Below, in pieces: positions 35,656 through 49,376 of a DNA stretch of 64,000 nucleotides; within the stretch, counting starts at the first letter, position 1, and every line of letters begins with the position of its first letter. A model generated the notes under the pieces. The model saw only the letters and a program-made list of their open reading frames with translations. It was not told the origin of the DNA and ran no database searches. This DNA comes from Stylophora pistillata (lineage: Eukaryota): positions 275,516 through 339,515 of the forward strand of contig NW_019218084.1 in NCBI RefSeq assembly GCF_002571385.2. The letters run 5' to 3'. Made by a program: the position numbers and the translations under genes.

Positions 35656-36372
35656 ATGGAAGACGCGGGTAAAGTTTCTTGGAAAAAGCGACCAATTTTT
35701 TGTACTCGTACTCAGTCTTCTCGCGGCCACACAGTGCGCACAATTTATCCCACGAGAAAGTTCTCGGCTGAAGATTAGAATTACTATGAAACTTGCTGGA
35801 AATTCAACTAAGGTGATTTTATGTTGTCTCTTTTTCCAGCTGCCTGTAAATATGCTCGTGAAAGAAAACTCCAAGAAAAGCAAAAGAAGCAGAATTCACT
35901 GCCACCAATTCTTCGTCCCAAGACGAAGAAATCACGTGAGTTAGCTGCTGTAGCTCATTTCCAAGAACAGATTCGCCCCAGACGTTCCGTCGACACGGAC
36001 AAATACAACCGGAAGGCATGGGCGCGAACGGAAGTCGCTATGAATCCTTTTCTTTATGGTAAAAAGGAAAACCTTACAATTATGAAAGCGCTTCAGAAGG
36101 AGACTACTAAGGAATCAAGAAAAAGCCTTGATGCCGCTTTTCCCCAGTCCCCGTCGGCCGCATTTGGCAACAGCAATGACATGACGGACGCGGGACCTGA
36201 GCAGATCACTGTTGTGATTGACAGGGTGGATGATGTTGGTGAACTGATGAATCAGGAGACATATACTACAACCACACAGAAGTCTGGTCGCGAAAAACCT
36301 GGCAAGAAAGTATGGGCTAAGAAAAAGTTTGCCGAGGACAAAGCTGAGAAGGCAAAGAAAAGATCCTCGTGA
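35656..36372 (+). CDS. Small basic protein of unknown function (~181 aa; exons 35656-35668 and 35840-36372)
   Basis: 183-codon ORF with a polypyrimidine-CAG acceptor at 35839 (phase 1). Upstream AAGATGGAA start with a phase-1 GTAAAG donor. No recognised domain. Confidence 0.55.
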
Positions 36373-38219
36373 AAGTTCAAATGAAGAATAATTTCAAGGG
36401 TTCCGGTTTATTGTCAGGCGAAAGGGTAAAACATTGCGTTTCAGGACTTTTTTACGACATACAGGAGCTTGAATAGTGTAATGATATGTAGCCTCTCTTT
36501 GGTGCTGCGGCGCGTGCTGAGCATCCCGGGAAAAATAAGACCCCGTGACCCCCATTCACGCTAGACCCCTTGGTGGGTAAACGCAATACATCTGACTGCA
36601 ACATATTTTTATATCCGCTATTATTTATCCGGACGTCAACGGCGTGGAAAAGGAGGAAACATAAGGTGTATTCTGTTTTCATGATTACACTCTTTGAAAC
36701 GTTTTTGGCGTTACTGTTTTCAGTGAAAGTCTAAAGTAATTCTCAGATATTTAATAGGTACTGAAACTCGACAATAGCTAGGTTTCCTTGAGGAATATCC
36801 GAATCGCATTCAAAGCTAAAAGCACAAATGTGTGCATTAGTTTTTTTTTTTCGACTATATTCTTAACCTTGTATTCGTTAGTTTGCCAAATCGTCGCTTC
36901 GTCATCGCAAAATCTTGATTCTTAACACACGAGACTGTAGCTACCCATTGTAGCACTTCACGTGTCGCTTAGAAGGTATTTTTGGTGGGTTAGCGTTGCT
37001 GGGATTTGTAGCCACACCCTTCTGGATCAGGGAAACAGAAAAGTATTTAAAAAAAAAAAAATTGTAGCTAGAATTTCTTTTGTAGGGTTTGATTATCAGT
37101 AAAGTTTTATTTATGGCTAGCCTTTATCGTCCTTGTTTCTCCTTGACAAAACGGCTTTGTAATCACGTGCGCGCTGCACCGTGAAGCCGTAATGCCGTAC
37201 TGACCTTCGGTTCCTTGTTCTTGTATGCCTTCATCAACTTTTTTATCTCACGGGGAAGGGAGGTTAGGTGAGTAAAAAATAAAAAGAGGTTTGGATGCAT
37301 CGATAGAAACATGCACAAAAAATTATCCCCGTCAGATTAAACTTAAAAAGAAAATTGCACCGTAATTCTCTCCCAGCTCAACTGCCCGCTTCCCTAAAGC
37401 ATCTATTCATGAATCCAGAAAGATAGACACAAAATGCGCGATGAATTGAACAGATCGAAGAAACTTTAATACGCTTTTCTTCTTGAGTATCTGTTGGTGC
37501 ATCAAATTCGGTATTTTCCTTGCTTTTTTCGTCCCTCGCGAAATCTAAGCAATTCTCACGATGACCTGTTGGAGGCCTTTTAATTCTCTGGTCACCATTT
37601 CTTACGCAGGTTTCAAGTTTCAGAAAAGAAGTGATATTTTCCAAGCTTATGCTAATTAGTGAGATGGGATTTAATCTCCCCAGCGTAATCCAACATGCCT
37701 CATTTTTTTTCTTTTTTTGTGGGGGGAGTTTGTTTTGAGTTATTTTACGACTGAAATCCATTGCAACTAGGATATGTGCATTTAAAACTATAAAAATTGA
37801 TAGAATGGTACATATTTTCGCACCCCTTTAAATCTTGAGTTAAAAGAAAAAAACCAAAAAAAGGCGAATTGGTCATCTTTTACTAGGGAGGGGTCGGTCC
37901 TAAAGGCACCTAATTTATGCGCCATATATGGCGGGAGGGTGCATGCGTGTAAACATGCCCACGTGATATGATACAACATGGCGACATGCGGTTGATGAAT
38001 TTGGCCCAACATGAGTCGGGTGTTCGAAGACATATGTCGGTTACATTGCTGATAAGTTGTGACTGCAAGCCATTTCCCACTCTTCTTGATTTCCATTTTC
38101 TCGTGCAGGATTTGTGGATACTTGCTTTGAGACGAAGTTCACCAGATCTCGCATATCCTCTGATTAGATCCCGACGTAGAATTAGTTGTTTATGATTTTC
38201 AATTTACGTTCTTTTCCGC

Positions 38220-41200
38220 ATGAAGACGAAGGTTTCAGCTGATAACAGTGTAGAAGGAGTGCCTTCGCAAACAACTGCTGCTACCACGATTGCAAACACT
38301 GCTCAATCCAGCGTCTGGTCAATATGTGATATATCGACCGACCCACATGTCGAGCTACGAGACATAACACCGTCAATTAGTCCTGTATTTACCGACGATC
38401 AAGTGCACGAGCTGACTCGAAATCCTGCCGAAGTGGATGTGTTGAGCGAGCATTTTCTCCCCCCGGATACTTTCAAACGGATCGACGAAGTTCTGAGCTC
38501 GAGCGGAGAAACAAACCTTCTCTACACAGATCCAGAGCTTAGTGACACATTGAAAGAAAACCACGATGTTCTTTTAACAGGTGAGCTTGGTTTCCATGGA
38601 ACCATGTTCCCATCGTTCGATTCAATAGTTGAAGCCGACAGGATACTAAACAAACGAGATGAATCATCTTCAGAAAACAGTGCTGAGGCAAATGATTCAC
38701 AAGCTGGCACTTCCGATTCTGTTAATTGGTCTAAGGACAGTGCAGAATTGAATGATACCACAGGGAACCCAGAAGGTGAGAACCAGGAAAGTGACAACAA
38801 AGGTCTGAGGCGTTCTCCTCGAAAGCGCGTTCAGGTCAAGAAGGATTTAGATGTACCGAAAACAAGCAACCCTGCTGGAAAATCTATCTCGAGAGGCAAA
38901 GATATATCAAAGCTAAAATATGCAAAACAAGCTGATGAAGGCAAAGAAGAAAAAAAGGAAGTGCGCAGAAGTGGCAGGGCACAGAAAAAAGTGGAAAAGG
39001 ATGAAAGTGATGACGACAAAAAAGGGAAAGACAAAGTTGTAAATAACAAAAAGAGAAACACAAAGGAAGATGCAAAGGCACAAAAACCATCTTCACAGCC
39101 AGAGGATTCCTCTAAAAATGTGCGAAGGTAAGCTTTCTGAGTTGTTATCCATTCATTTATTTATCCTCTTTTGCTCCTATGTGGAGGCGTGGTGGCCTCA
39201 TGGTTGGTGCACTCGACTCTGGATTGAGTGGTCCGGGTTCATACCCCGGCTGGGACATTGTGTTGTGTTCTTAGGCAAGACACTTTACTCTCACAGTGCC
39301 TCTCTTCATCCAGGTGTCTAAATGGGTACTGGCAAAATTAATGCTGGGGGGTAACCCTGCGATGGACTAGCATCCCATCCAGGGGGAGTAGAAATACTCC
39401 TAGTCGCTTCATGCTACAGAAACCAGAGTTAAGCACCAGCCTAATGGGCCACTAGGCTCGTAAATAGACTTTACCTTTATCTTTTGCTCCTATGGCAGAG
39501 CTTTAGGCTTCCCTTACCTGTCTGCTGTTCCATACAAATTTTACGCACTGTTCAACCCCGTGATAGGCATCTCAGCCCGAGTAATTTGGCATAGCTGAGA
39601 TGCACAGAGTCTCTAAGTAGCATTCATTTGAAAGGGTTGAAGATATTTACCGCAGAATGATCTTAGCAGTAGTCTGCTTGCCTCCTTACCTGCCTCAAAT
39701 ATATATTTTTTTCTATTTTACATATACAGTGTATAGATCAGCACTTGAAAAAAAAAATAGCATGATACATGTATCTGTCTTCCAACATGCTCTGTGATAC
39801 ATGTATGTTATATTTTGTAACAACAATCCGGGAAGCATTGTATGGTAGTAAGTTCTGGTGGAGATGAACCATATACTGACATTCCGTACGTAAGTGTAGA
39901 CAGAACCAGTTTAGACTAGCCACAGATTGTAGAAATTCAGTCTTGGTTAGTGGTTTTTTATTTCTATCAGCCAGTTCTGCTAACTAGTAAACAAACTGAA
40001 ATTGTGGTAACATCTAAGATGTCAATAACCGCTTGGCTAGTGAGATGAAAAGTTAGGGTCTAGCCCTTCATTCAGGATATGAATATGTGCATGTAACTCA
40101 ATAGATTAAATTAAAGACAGCTGTTTTAAATGCTGACTGGAGGTGTTGAAAAACAACAGATAATAACAAAAGAAAGTAGAACAAAAGATGAAAATGAACA
40201 GCTAGTTATTAACTCACTGCATCTCAGGAAAACCAAGAAACAAATCCAGTTGGGTAGCGTAATGAAGGATTTCTGCCTAGAAATTCCAGTGGTCAAATCC
40301 ATTGCCCTTTAATAAGACCCAGTATGTTTTTCAAGTGTAAGATAATTTTATTCTTCTTGTAGGTCACCCAGGAATCAAAGCAAGGCTTCCATGGAGGCAA
40401 AGCAGAAAGCAAACAAAAAAGCTCCAAGGAAGCGTCAGGAAACAAATCTTGAAGATTCTGAAGGAAATAAAGAAGGGAGCAATGCCATTTGTGACGGGAA
40501 AGAGCCTGATAGTATAACAAACAATAACATAGAAGACAAATCTGATGAATCTGGATCAGATGCAAAGAGGAAAAACAGGAAAACAGACATTTCTGAAGAG
40601 GTGAAGGGTAGGCCAAAAGAGAAAGCAGATATAAGAAAAAGTGGAAGGGTGACAAGAAATAGAGGAAAGGAAGCTAATGAAGAAGAAGAGAAGGTGGTTC
40701 GTGGAAAGGTTAAATCAAAGGTGAATAAAAGTAAAGAAGAATCTCACAATGAACCAAACTCTGGTGAAACAAAAGTCAAAGATAAAAGTGAAACAGAGAT
40801 TACAAGTAATGAGTCAGATGTAAAAGAAGATGGCCAAGATGTTTCTAAGAGGATTACTGATAGTTCTGAGGTGAAAGATGATGAATGTGTGTCATCAACC
40901 AAGAAGGAAAGAGGAGGTGACATACAAGAAAAAGCTGTCAGAAAGAAGACAGTGGAAGTGAAAGTTGAACCATCAGAAAACAAGGAGAATGAAAATGGGA
41001 GAAGTAGTAGAAGAAAAGAAAGAAAATCAGTGGAGAACTCAGTGAAAAGTGTTGAAAAGGGTGAACAATTGAAAACTTCTATGGCAAAACAATCCACAGA
41101 AGACATGCAAAAAACTGATAAAAGAGAGAGTTTGTCAGGTGAAGAAGATACAAACTCTGTTAAAGAAGGGAAAAGTGTTGAAAAATCTGTTAAAAAAGAG

Positions 41201-44200
41201 ACCCTGGCTCGTGATTTAACAAACAAGAAAGCTGTCAAGGATTCTTCAGTGGATCCCAGGCAGAAAGGCTTAAAAGAAAGTCAAGAAGATAAGGAATCAG
41301 ATGCTGAAATGGACTCAGATAATAATGAGGAGTTTAATGATGACTCAGATTATGATCCAGAGTATGATCCAGATCGTTTGTGGTGTGTCTGTAGAAAACC
41401 ACATGGTAACAGGTAAGATTACCATCATGTTTTTTCACTGTACTGGACAGTATTTAACAAATAGATTTCATGTTGCTGTGCATCTGCTTAGCAATAGATC
41501 ACAGATGCTGTCAAAATGGGGCAAGAACTGAGAAGTGGCACAAACGGTGTAGCTGAGTGTGTTACTGATATTTCTACTGCATTTTGACATCTTCTGTGAT
41601 GAATTACTGAACAGACCCACAGCAACATGAGTTGTCTTTCTTTTAGAAAAGAAAGAATGAAGAAAATTGCCAATGTACTCCAATAAATCATTGAAAAGAA
41701 CCAATTGAAATGGATGCATGATTCAGCCTTTTATATAAACAAATATAATTTGCAAGAGACTGAGGGGTTTTGTGGTTAGTAAACTGGTCCACAGAGTAAG
41801 TCATTGTGTGGCATTCTTAAGCAAGAATCAGTTTCTTACGGTGCTGTAACATGTAGAGACTTGTTTTTGTTTTCAAAAGGAGGCAGCTTTTCAAGGAGGC
41901 TATAATTTGCTTTAAAATAAAACTTGAACCAGACCTTGGCTGTTTGAAATGTAGGTAAATTTTAAATGAAGCGGTCAAGAATGTCAAATCATACCTAGAA
42001 GGTGACTTGTGTACAACATCATTTTAATCTGAAAACGAAGGCCAGTGAAAAAGCCAAATGAATAAGCCTCGAAAAGCCGCTCATGTCAGAAGACATTTCA
42101 CGCAATCCTTTATGCGAAATGTAGGTATATGTATTAGCGACACTGTCCACTGATTGCATTTACCATCAAGCTGATGATTTTGAGCCAGCAAGCTTTATTA
42201 TCCAATCTGCAGTTATTAATTCAATTTATTGGTAACCAACATATTTAATGGACAGGATCATCACGTGAGCTTGTGATGTTTTTTTAAGGTCATTGTTTTT
42301 TATTTTTTGTGATTTTCAAGGTTCATGATTTGTTGTGATCATTGTGAAGAGTGGTTTCATGGAATATGTGTTGGTATAACAATGACTCAGGGGCGACAAA
42401 TGGAGAAGGATGGTCAAGACTATGTCTGTCCTAAATGCAAAGGTACCACTAAAATATTTTAATAGAATAGAATAGCTTTGTTTGGGTAGTAACATTGCAC
42501 ATTCTGTAGACTGAGATACATTGAAAGATTGTTCTAATTGAGGTAAAAAGTTGATAATAATTATTTACAATAATGTTAGGATTTATGATATACACATATA
42601 TCAAATTTTCTATTAGTGGAAAAAAATGTTTTGTTTTCTTTTTTTTGATGTGTCAGCAAAAATAGAAGCAACATCAGAAGTACCAGAGAAAAAGAGCAGG
42701 GAGGTGGCCAATGCTGAAAATACAGGAGGTAAAACATCTTCACCGGAACGTCGCCATCGCAGAAGAGAGCACTCACTTAAAATGAAGATCCCGGGTGAAT
42801 CAGAGACAAGAAAACGGCGGCATTTCAGTCTTGGAAAGAATAGGGATGAAATGATTGAGGTATGTGCATGTACTGTACAAGTTTTTGTTACAGTGAACTG
42901 CATTTGTTCAACATTTTCAAAAGGTCATTGTCTTACATGTATGCCCGTAATGACTGATACATAACTTAGAGAAATCCTGTCTAATTTAAACAGTATGTCT
43001 TGAAAGTTAAGGTGTCTATATGGCCAACAGGGTTTTTATAGTTTTCGTATGTATTAAACATGTAAAAAGTATTCCTAAATAAAAATTGGATTCTGACGAG
43101 TCTTCGCCCTGAAATTGAGCTTTAAACTTCCGGCTTTGGCCATGCCCATTGAAGGTGACCATGAGTCAGGGCAAAGAAGAGATTGGGTTCAGAATGGGTC
43201 ATGGCGTCAAGTCAGGAACAGGAAAAATCCTGCCAGTGGTTCATTTCACTGTTTTTTTTTTTTTCAGTAAGGTAAAGAGTTTTCGGCAACATAAATATGC
43301 CTGATAGATGTGTTGTAAAAGTACTGCGTTTGTTAAGCAAAGTAACAACACGATGCTCAAGACACTCCTGGAGTGACGTCACTCATCGCCAATCTTCCCT
43401 TACGCAGTCAACTTCAATGGGCGTGGCCAAAGCGGAAACTTTAAAGCTCAATTTTAGGGTGAAGACGCGTCAGAATCAAATTGTTTTTTTTGAGAATACT
43501 TTTTTACAGGTTAAAGAGATACCAAAACAATAAAAACCCTGTTGGCTGTATAGACACTTTAAATCCATGATTTGCATTGTTGTTGAAACTTTAGCCTTAA
43601 AAAAGGAAATCACTTCTGAAAGAAGTCTTTACATTTTTGAACCTATGGGGTTGATGAATGTCATTGGTATTGCATACATTTCCATTTCTTTTAAACCTTT
43701 ACAGTGCCCATTTCACATTATCAACTTAGTTGATAAAATATGGGAAGCCTATTGTAGCAATATTCATTAACCCTTTAATAGCCGCAGCTTTTGTGAAAAT
43801 CTGTGTTTTGAGGCTAGTCGAGCAGATTTCGAGCCGCTGTTGTGGTTTTAAAAGCTCAAACTTACCACAAACCCATTGACAGCTTTTACACTTGACGGCC
43901 TTTCGATCCAAATGCAAAATGGCGGCCTGAAAATCTCAGGCACACGCAGAAAGCAGAATTTCAAGAAAGTTTTTGGGTTGAAAAGTAATGCCCCACTTAC
44001 GACTTTTGCTTTTCTCTCTTTTTCCTGCCCTTTTTTTCCCCTATCCTTGCCTGAAGTTTCTCCTCACTTGCTGGAAATTTAGTAGGCTTCATTTTGGTGT
44101 AGAGATTTTTTAGGAAACTACTCATTATTTTCAAACCACATGCTCAGAAAGGTAGGTGGGTAAACGAACAAGATTTTCATGCAGATTTTCAGGTCAAAGT

Positions 44201-47200
44201 TACATGGTTTTTTGGCTATTTCTCCGATCTCCTTCACTCAACTGCTCTCATTCTGGTATAGTTTGTAAGATATTTTGACCATTATTGCCCAGTCCCTTTT
44301 GATCTCGGCAGATCACGAAAGGCTGGAACACTTTTTGAGAGGCCATTTTGATTTTTTGCTTCGTGATCGATCGTAATGTCTTTACTATCAAATTTTAATG
44401 CTGACGAAGACCTATCAGCATTTCTTCATACATTTCTGGACAAAGCAGAAAAGTTTTTACCTGGAGGAGACTGCTCCCTGGATAGTTTGCAAATGCAGAC
44501 GGTTGTCGATCAAATGATTAGCTTGCTTACTTGCTTAGAACCTTGGCTGAACATGATAAGGACTTCCAAGATACATGGAACTCCCTTGCAAGTGCTTTTT
44601 ATGATGTTTTCCAATGCCTGCACAAGAAAATTTTCAATCTACACAACATGCCAACTACTGTTGCTCAAGTGTCAATTAAGTGGGCATTTTGAGTGTCAAA
44701 ATGGCAGGCTAGGAAGGCAAGCGAGAAGCGAACGAAGTGAACACTGGGGAAGCTAGAGTTCTTTCGGTCAACCGCTGTGCAGTAAATAATTGAATGAAAA
44801 TAAATTGTATTGAACGAAATAAAAAGTGTTGAACGTAATATGGGCAATTGAAATAAAAAAAAGAGGTTGAACCGAAGCAATCGCATTGAATGATACCAAA
44901 GTATATTGAATGCAAAATGGGACGTTGAACCCAAAAAATAGTATGCTGAACATAAATTTATGCGTTGAATTGAATTAAACTAGACTCTTTGAATTGAAAT
45001 ATCCATTTATTGAATACTGCTACAATTGACTTGCCATAGTAAAACCAAATTACATTTCCATGGTTAAGTTTCAATTAATTTATTGTAAGTTTTGTTTATG
45101 TTAAGGAGGATTTCAGTGGCAAGAAATCTAGAGACTCTGAAAAAGGGGAAACAAGGGATGATATAAGGAAAAATGTACCTGAACACAAAGGCTTCAAAAT
45201 ACCCAAGAAGGTGACGTTTATTCTAGCTGTTTATTTTGTTGTAGCTGAAAAAGAAGCTTAGGTGAATTCTGCCAGAGGATCTTCAACCCTAGATTTAATA
45301 CACTACTATCGGCAAAAGCATCATGAAGCCAACTGTACAAAGCTGATTGTGATTTTCTCAACAGAAAGGGACAAATTGAGTTGTGTTATGGATACTAGTC
45401 CACTGAGTATAAACCCCTCTCCCATCCCTCCAGTGGTATGTTATGTTCCCCTGACTGTTCACCAGTGCCCATTTATTCTCATGGGTGGGGAGAGGCACTG
45501 TCGGGATGAAAGTGTCCTGACCAAGAATGACGTGGCTGAGACCTTAGGCTTTAAAGGCCAGCATGCTCATGACCAGGCCCCCTCATTTTCCAGTTTGATT
45601 GATAAAAATTTAATAGTTGTAGAATAGAATACACATCTACATGTAAGATCCTTTTGTTGTTGTGCAGGTGAGGACAACACCAACTCCAGCATCATACATG
45701 CATCATCCCACCCAGTCACAGTGTGTGGCTGCAGATTGTTCAAAGCTTGCTGATTATCAATCTGTTTACTGCAGTTCAGAGTGTATGCAAAGGTAAGACT
45801 TGATTTGAATTTTAATGTGTCAAGTCATCTCTTACCTGTTATGCTGTCATGCTTTAATGTTGACCAGAAAGTTTTCTACAGTATTACTTGGTGAAGGTAA
45901 AGCCACTTTGAGTCTTAAAGTTAGAACAAACACAGAAAAAGCCAACTGTCAATATAACTTAAAAGTACGGCTAGTACTCATATCCACAGACGTGCATTGA
46001 TATAAGCACCATCAGGCTGCACAACATTTTTTGACCAACAATAAGGGTTTGTTATTTTCAGCTCAATCTCAGCTGAGGTGGTCCTAAAACCCAAGAGCAA
46101 ATTCTCAGCTCCACATTCCATTGTGCTTGACTTTAACCCATTCACTCCGATGATCATATTATTAGTAATTCTCCTTACTGTCTGCTATACAATTCTTGTG
46201 ATGTTGGTTTGGAGAATTTGATATTGGATCAACAAATAATCCCCTTATTGGTATTTTTCTGTATTCTCGTCACTTGTCTGCTTGATATGCTGAGAAGAAG
46301 TTCTGTCTTGGTTTTTAATGAGAGTAAAATTGTTATAAATAAATAAAGTGCTTTTTTTGGTCAACATGGAGAGTAAAAAGTCTGTACCTGAGCTTGTAAT
46401 TCAGATGAAGGCAATTACAGATGCCTTTTAAAATAAAAAGAAAAGGCCTTGCATGGAAAAAATCCTCATTAATTTTGTACATGTGAGAGGTCCAAATTAA
46501 GAATAAATTAATGTCAAGCATAATAAATCATGAAATCACAGCTAGGCATTCTTGGGCAGGCTTATTGTTTATCTTGTTCTAATTTTCAGACATGCTGAGG
46601 AATCTATTAAAATAATCTTGGAAGAGAAGAAAAAAAGAATGGGGTGTAAATCATCAGTTTCCTCATCCAAGAATGTCACATCACCAACAGTAAGTCTATA
46701 TTTCTTTCTTTCCTAACATTTTTTTCAAATTGGACACTAAGAGCTGTCTTCCAGGGTCTTTCTTTGGCAAGGTTGACCCTTTTAAATGCCACTGGCACCC
46801 AAAAGTAACTTCTTTCAAATCATGATGGACCATCATTAGTCAGGAAAGAGAAGTACTCTGGACTTTCTGTAAAGATGGAAAACATCAGGCATTTACTGTA
46901 CACATAGCTCTCGGGGTACCTTGAAACACACAACATTTGCTATATCAGGTCAGCATTTAATCTCAATAACGAAAAGAACTGAAGTTATTTCTTTTAATTT
47001 TATGGTTTAGTCAAATCTGTTAGGACCAGTCCCCTGGAATTCTCAAACAGCCCCAGTCTCCTCTCAGCCAGAATCTTCTCAACTCAAAGAGGGAATAGCA
47101 GTCATAGAGAGGTCCACTGGGCGGGTGATTGCGGGTGTGGCAGCACCCTCTCAGGAGGAGTTAGTTGACTGGCTGCATGATCATCCTACATTTGAGGTGC

Positions 47201-47925
47201 TGCGGCCATCAGGTTTGTAGTCCTAGACCAATAATTTACTTCTGGAAATAGAAGAAAATGGTCATTCAAGACCATATTCTGTGTATTCTTTTTTATAGGT
47301 AACGTTGTTTCATTAAATTGAACTCCTGCTCTGGTTTGCACAGATGCAATGGAGAAATATTCATATTGCGACCAACACAATCATTTCCAGGCTTATATTT
47401 GGTTAAAAGGAGGGGTGCGTATTGGAAGAAGGGCACTCAATCGAGGGGGTCTCCTGAACTGATTTGACCATAATTGAAGCAAAAAAGTTATACATAAAGT
47501 GGAAACAGGCACATTTTTTTCTTTGTATCCCTGCCAGTTAAGAAGGTAAGAGGGGAGGAAAGGAGGTGGGCACTTATTCAAGAAGTACTTGTTCGAATAA
47601 GTTATCTCAAGTCCCGAGATCTAAGCTTAAGTCTTATGATGATCAAAGATTTTCTATTGCAGGACCTAAACTATTTAACAGCATACCCGCATCTTTAAGA
47701 GATGCTGATTCCTGGAATTCTTTAAAAAAAACACTTAAAGACATATTTAATTCGCCAAGCCTTTTTCCGATTTGTAAATATATTTCTATTTAATTTCTAT
47801 GCTTATATATGTAATTGTTAGATTTTTCAGTGTTTTTTAATAAATTTTGTGATATTGTTAAGCACCTAGAGCAATTAGTGATATAGACACTATATAAATA
47901 AAGCTTATTATTATTATTATTTTTA

Positions 47926-47960
<35 letters not shown>

Positions 47961-49343
47961 GGTGGAGGGGGTGAGCTGTCATTAGAGCATGGAAGTTTAT
48001 TTTAGTATTCTACATCAATTTATATTGTTTCTTGTGGCTTTTGTATTGAATTTCAGTCGGAAAAGATGAGAAAAAGAAAGAGAAAAAAGAAGATAGTGAG
48101 AAAACTGTGAGAGAAAACATCAGAAAATCACTAAGGGAGATTTTAACAACAAGGTTAGTCATATGCTTAGTAAATATTGTTTCAAGGGATGAAGATCAAA
48201 AAATTAATTGCGACGTGCCATTTAATGAATTATCTGTTCTGAAGCTGTTTAACATTGTTGTGCATGAATTAATTAAATTATTTTATCACAAGTGCAAGAG
48301 TCAGTCTACAGTACTTAGCTTTGATAGAAAATTTGAACAATTTTGGCCATTACAGATCCAAGGAGCAACAGGATTTGAATGCAACAGAAGAAGACATCGA
48401 TAAGTGCTCACTGGACGTTGAAAGGGAAATGTTTTCTTTCTTTGGGGACACAGGGCAGCGCTATAAGAACAAGTATCGCAGCTTGATGTTTAACCTCAAG
48501 GATCCCAGGAACAAGGTTAGATTGGGTGAAAGCTTTTGAAAGTTTGCTTACTCTTACTGTCTGCAATTTGTAATTTTTTAATAATTAATATTATTAAATA
48601 TTTAATATTAATAATATTAATATTTAATATCAATAATTTTTTTTTTTTTTAATATTTTTTGTAATTTTTAAACTGATGCTGTTTTGGCAATTACAGCACG
48701 TTATGTTTTAGAGAATAATTTAAAATGTTTATGCAAATTATGATTTGAATTGAAATATACTGTATATGAAATTGATTTTGCTCATAAACATTGCTTCGAG
48801 AGTCACTGTGAACAATGTTTCTTTTTCATTATCAGGTGTTGTTTCGACATGTTCTGTCTGGGGAGATAACTCTTGATCGTCTTGTACGGATGACACCTGA
48901 ACAGCTCGCATCACCAGAGCTGGCTACCTGGCGTGAACAGGAAACAAAACATGTTAGTATAGATTCTACTTATATTTAGTTGCAAAGAGACAAAGGTGCC
49001 AGGAATCATGTGTGTTACGCTCCGTAGCAGTGTTGACTAGAAATTTAAGGGAGCTCTGTCACATTTTTCTAAGCCATTTTTTTTTTAGAGCTGCAAAACT
49101 ATCTTTATGCGGAAAGAGATCACAAAATATTAAGGTAATGGAAGCAATCATAAATCCAGGAGTAAGGATGGCTAAGGATGGAACAGATTAGAAGGGATTG
49201 GAAATGGCTACATTTTTTAGGTACTTGCATCTTGCTGTTAATGTGTTCCTCTTAGATAATTCTATCCATTGAGCTAACCGCCTCCCCGTTAGCTCAATGG
49301 ATAGAGCACTGGACTGTTGTGCGGGAGGTTGAGGGTTCGAGCC

Positions 49344-49376
<33 letters not shown>

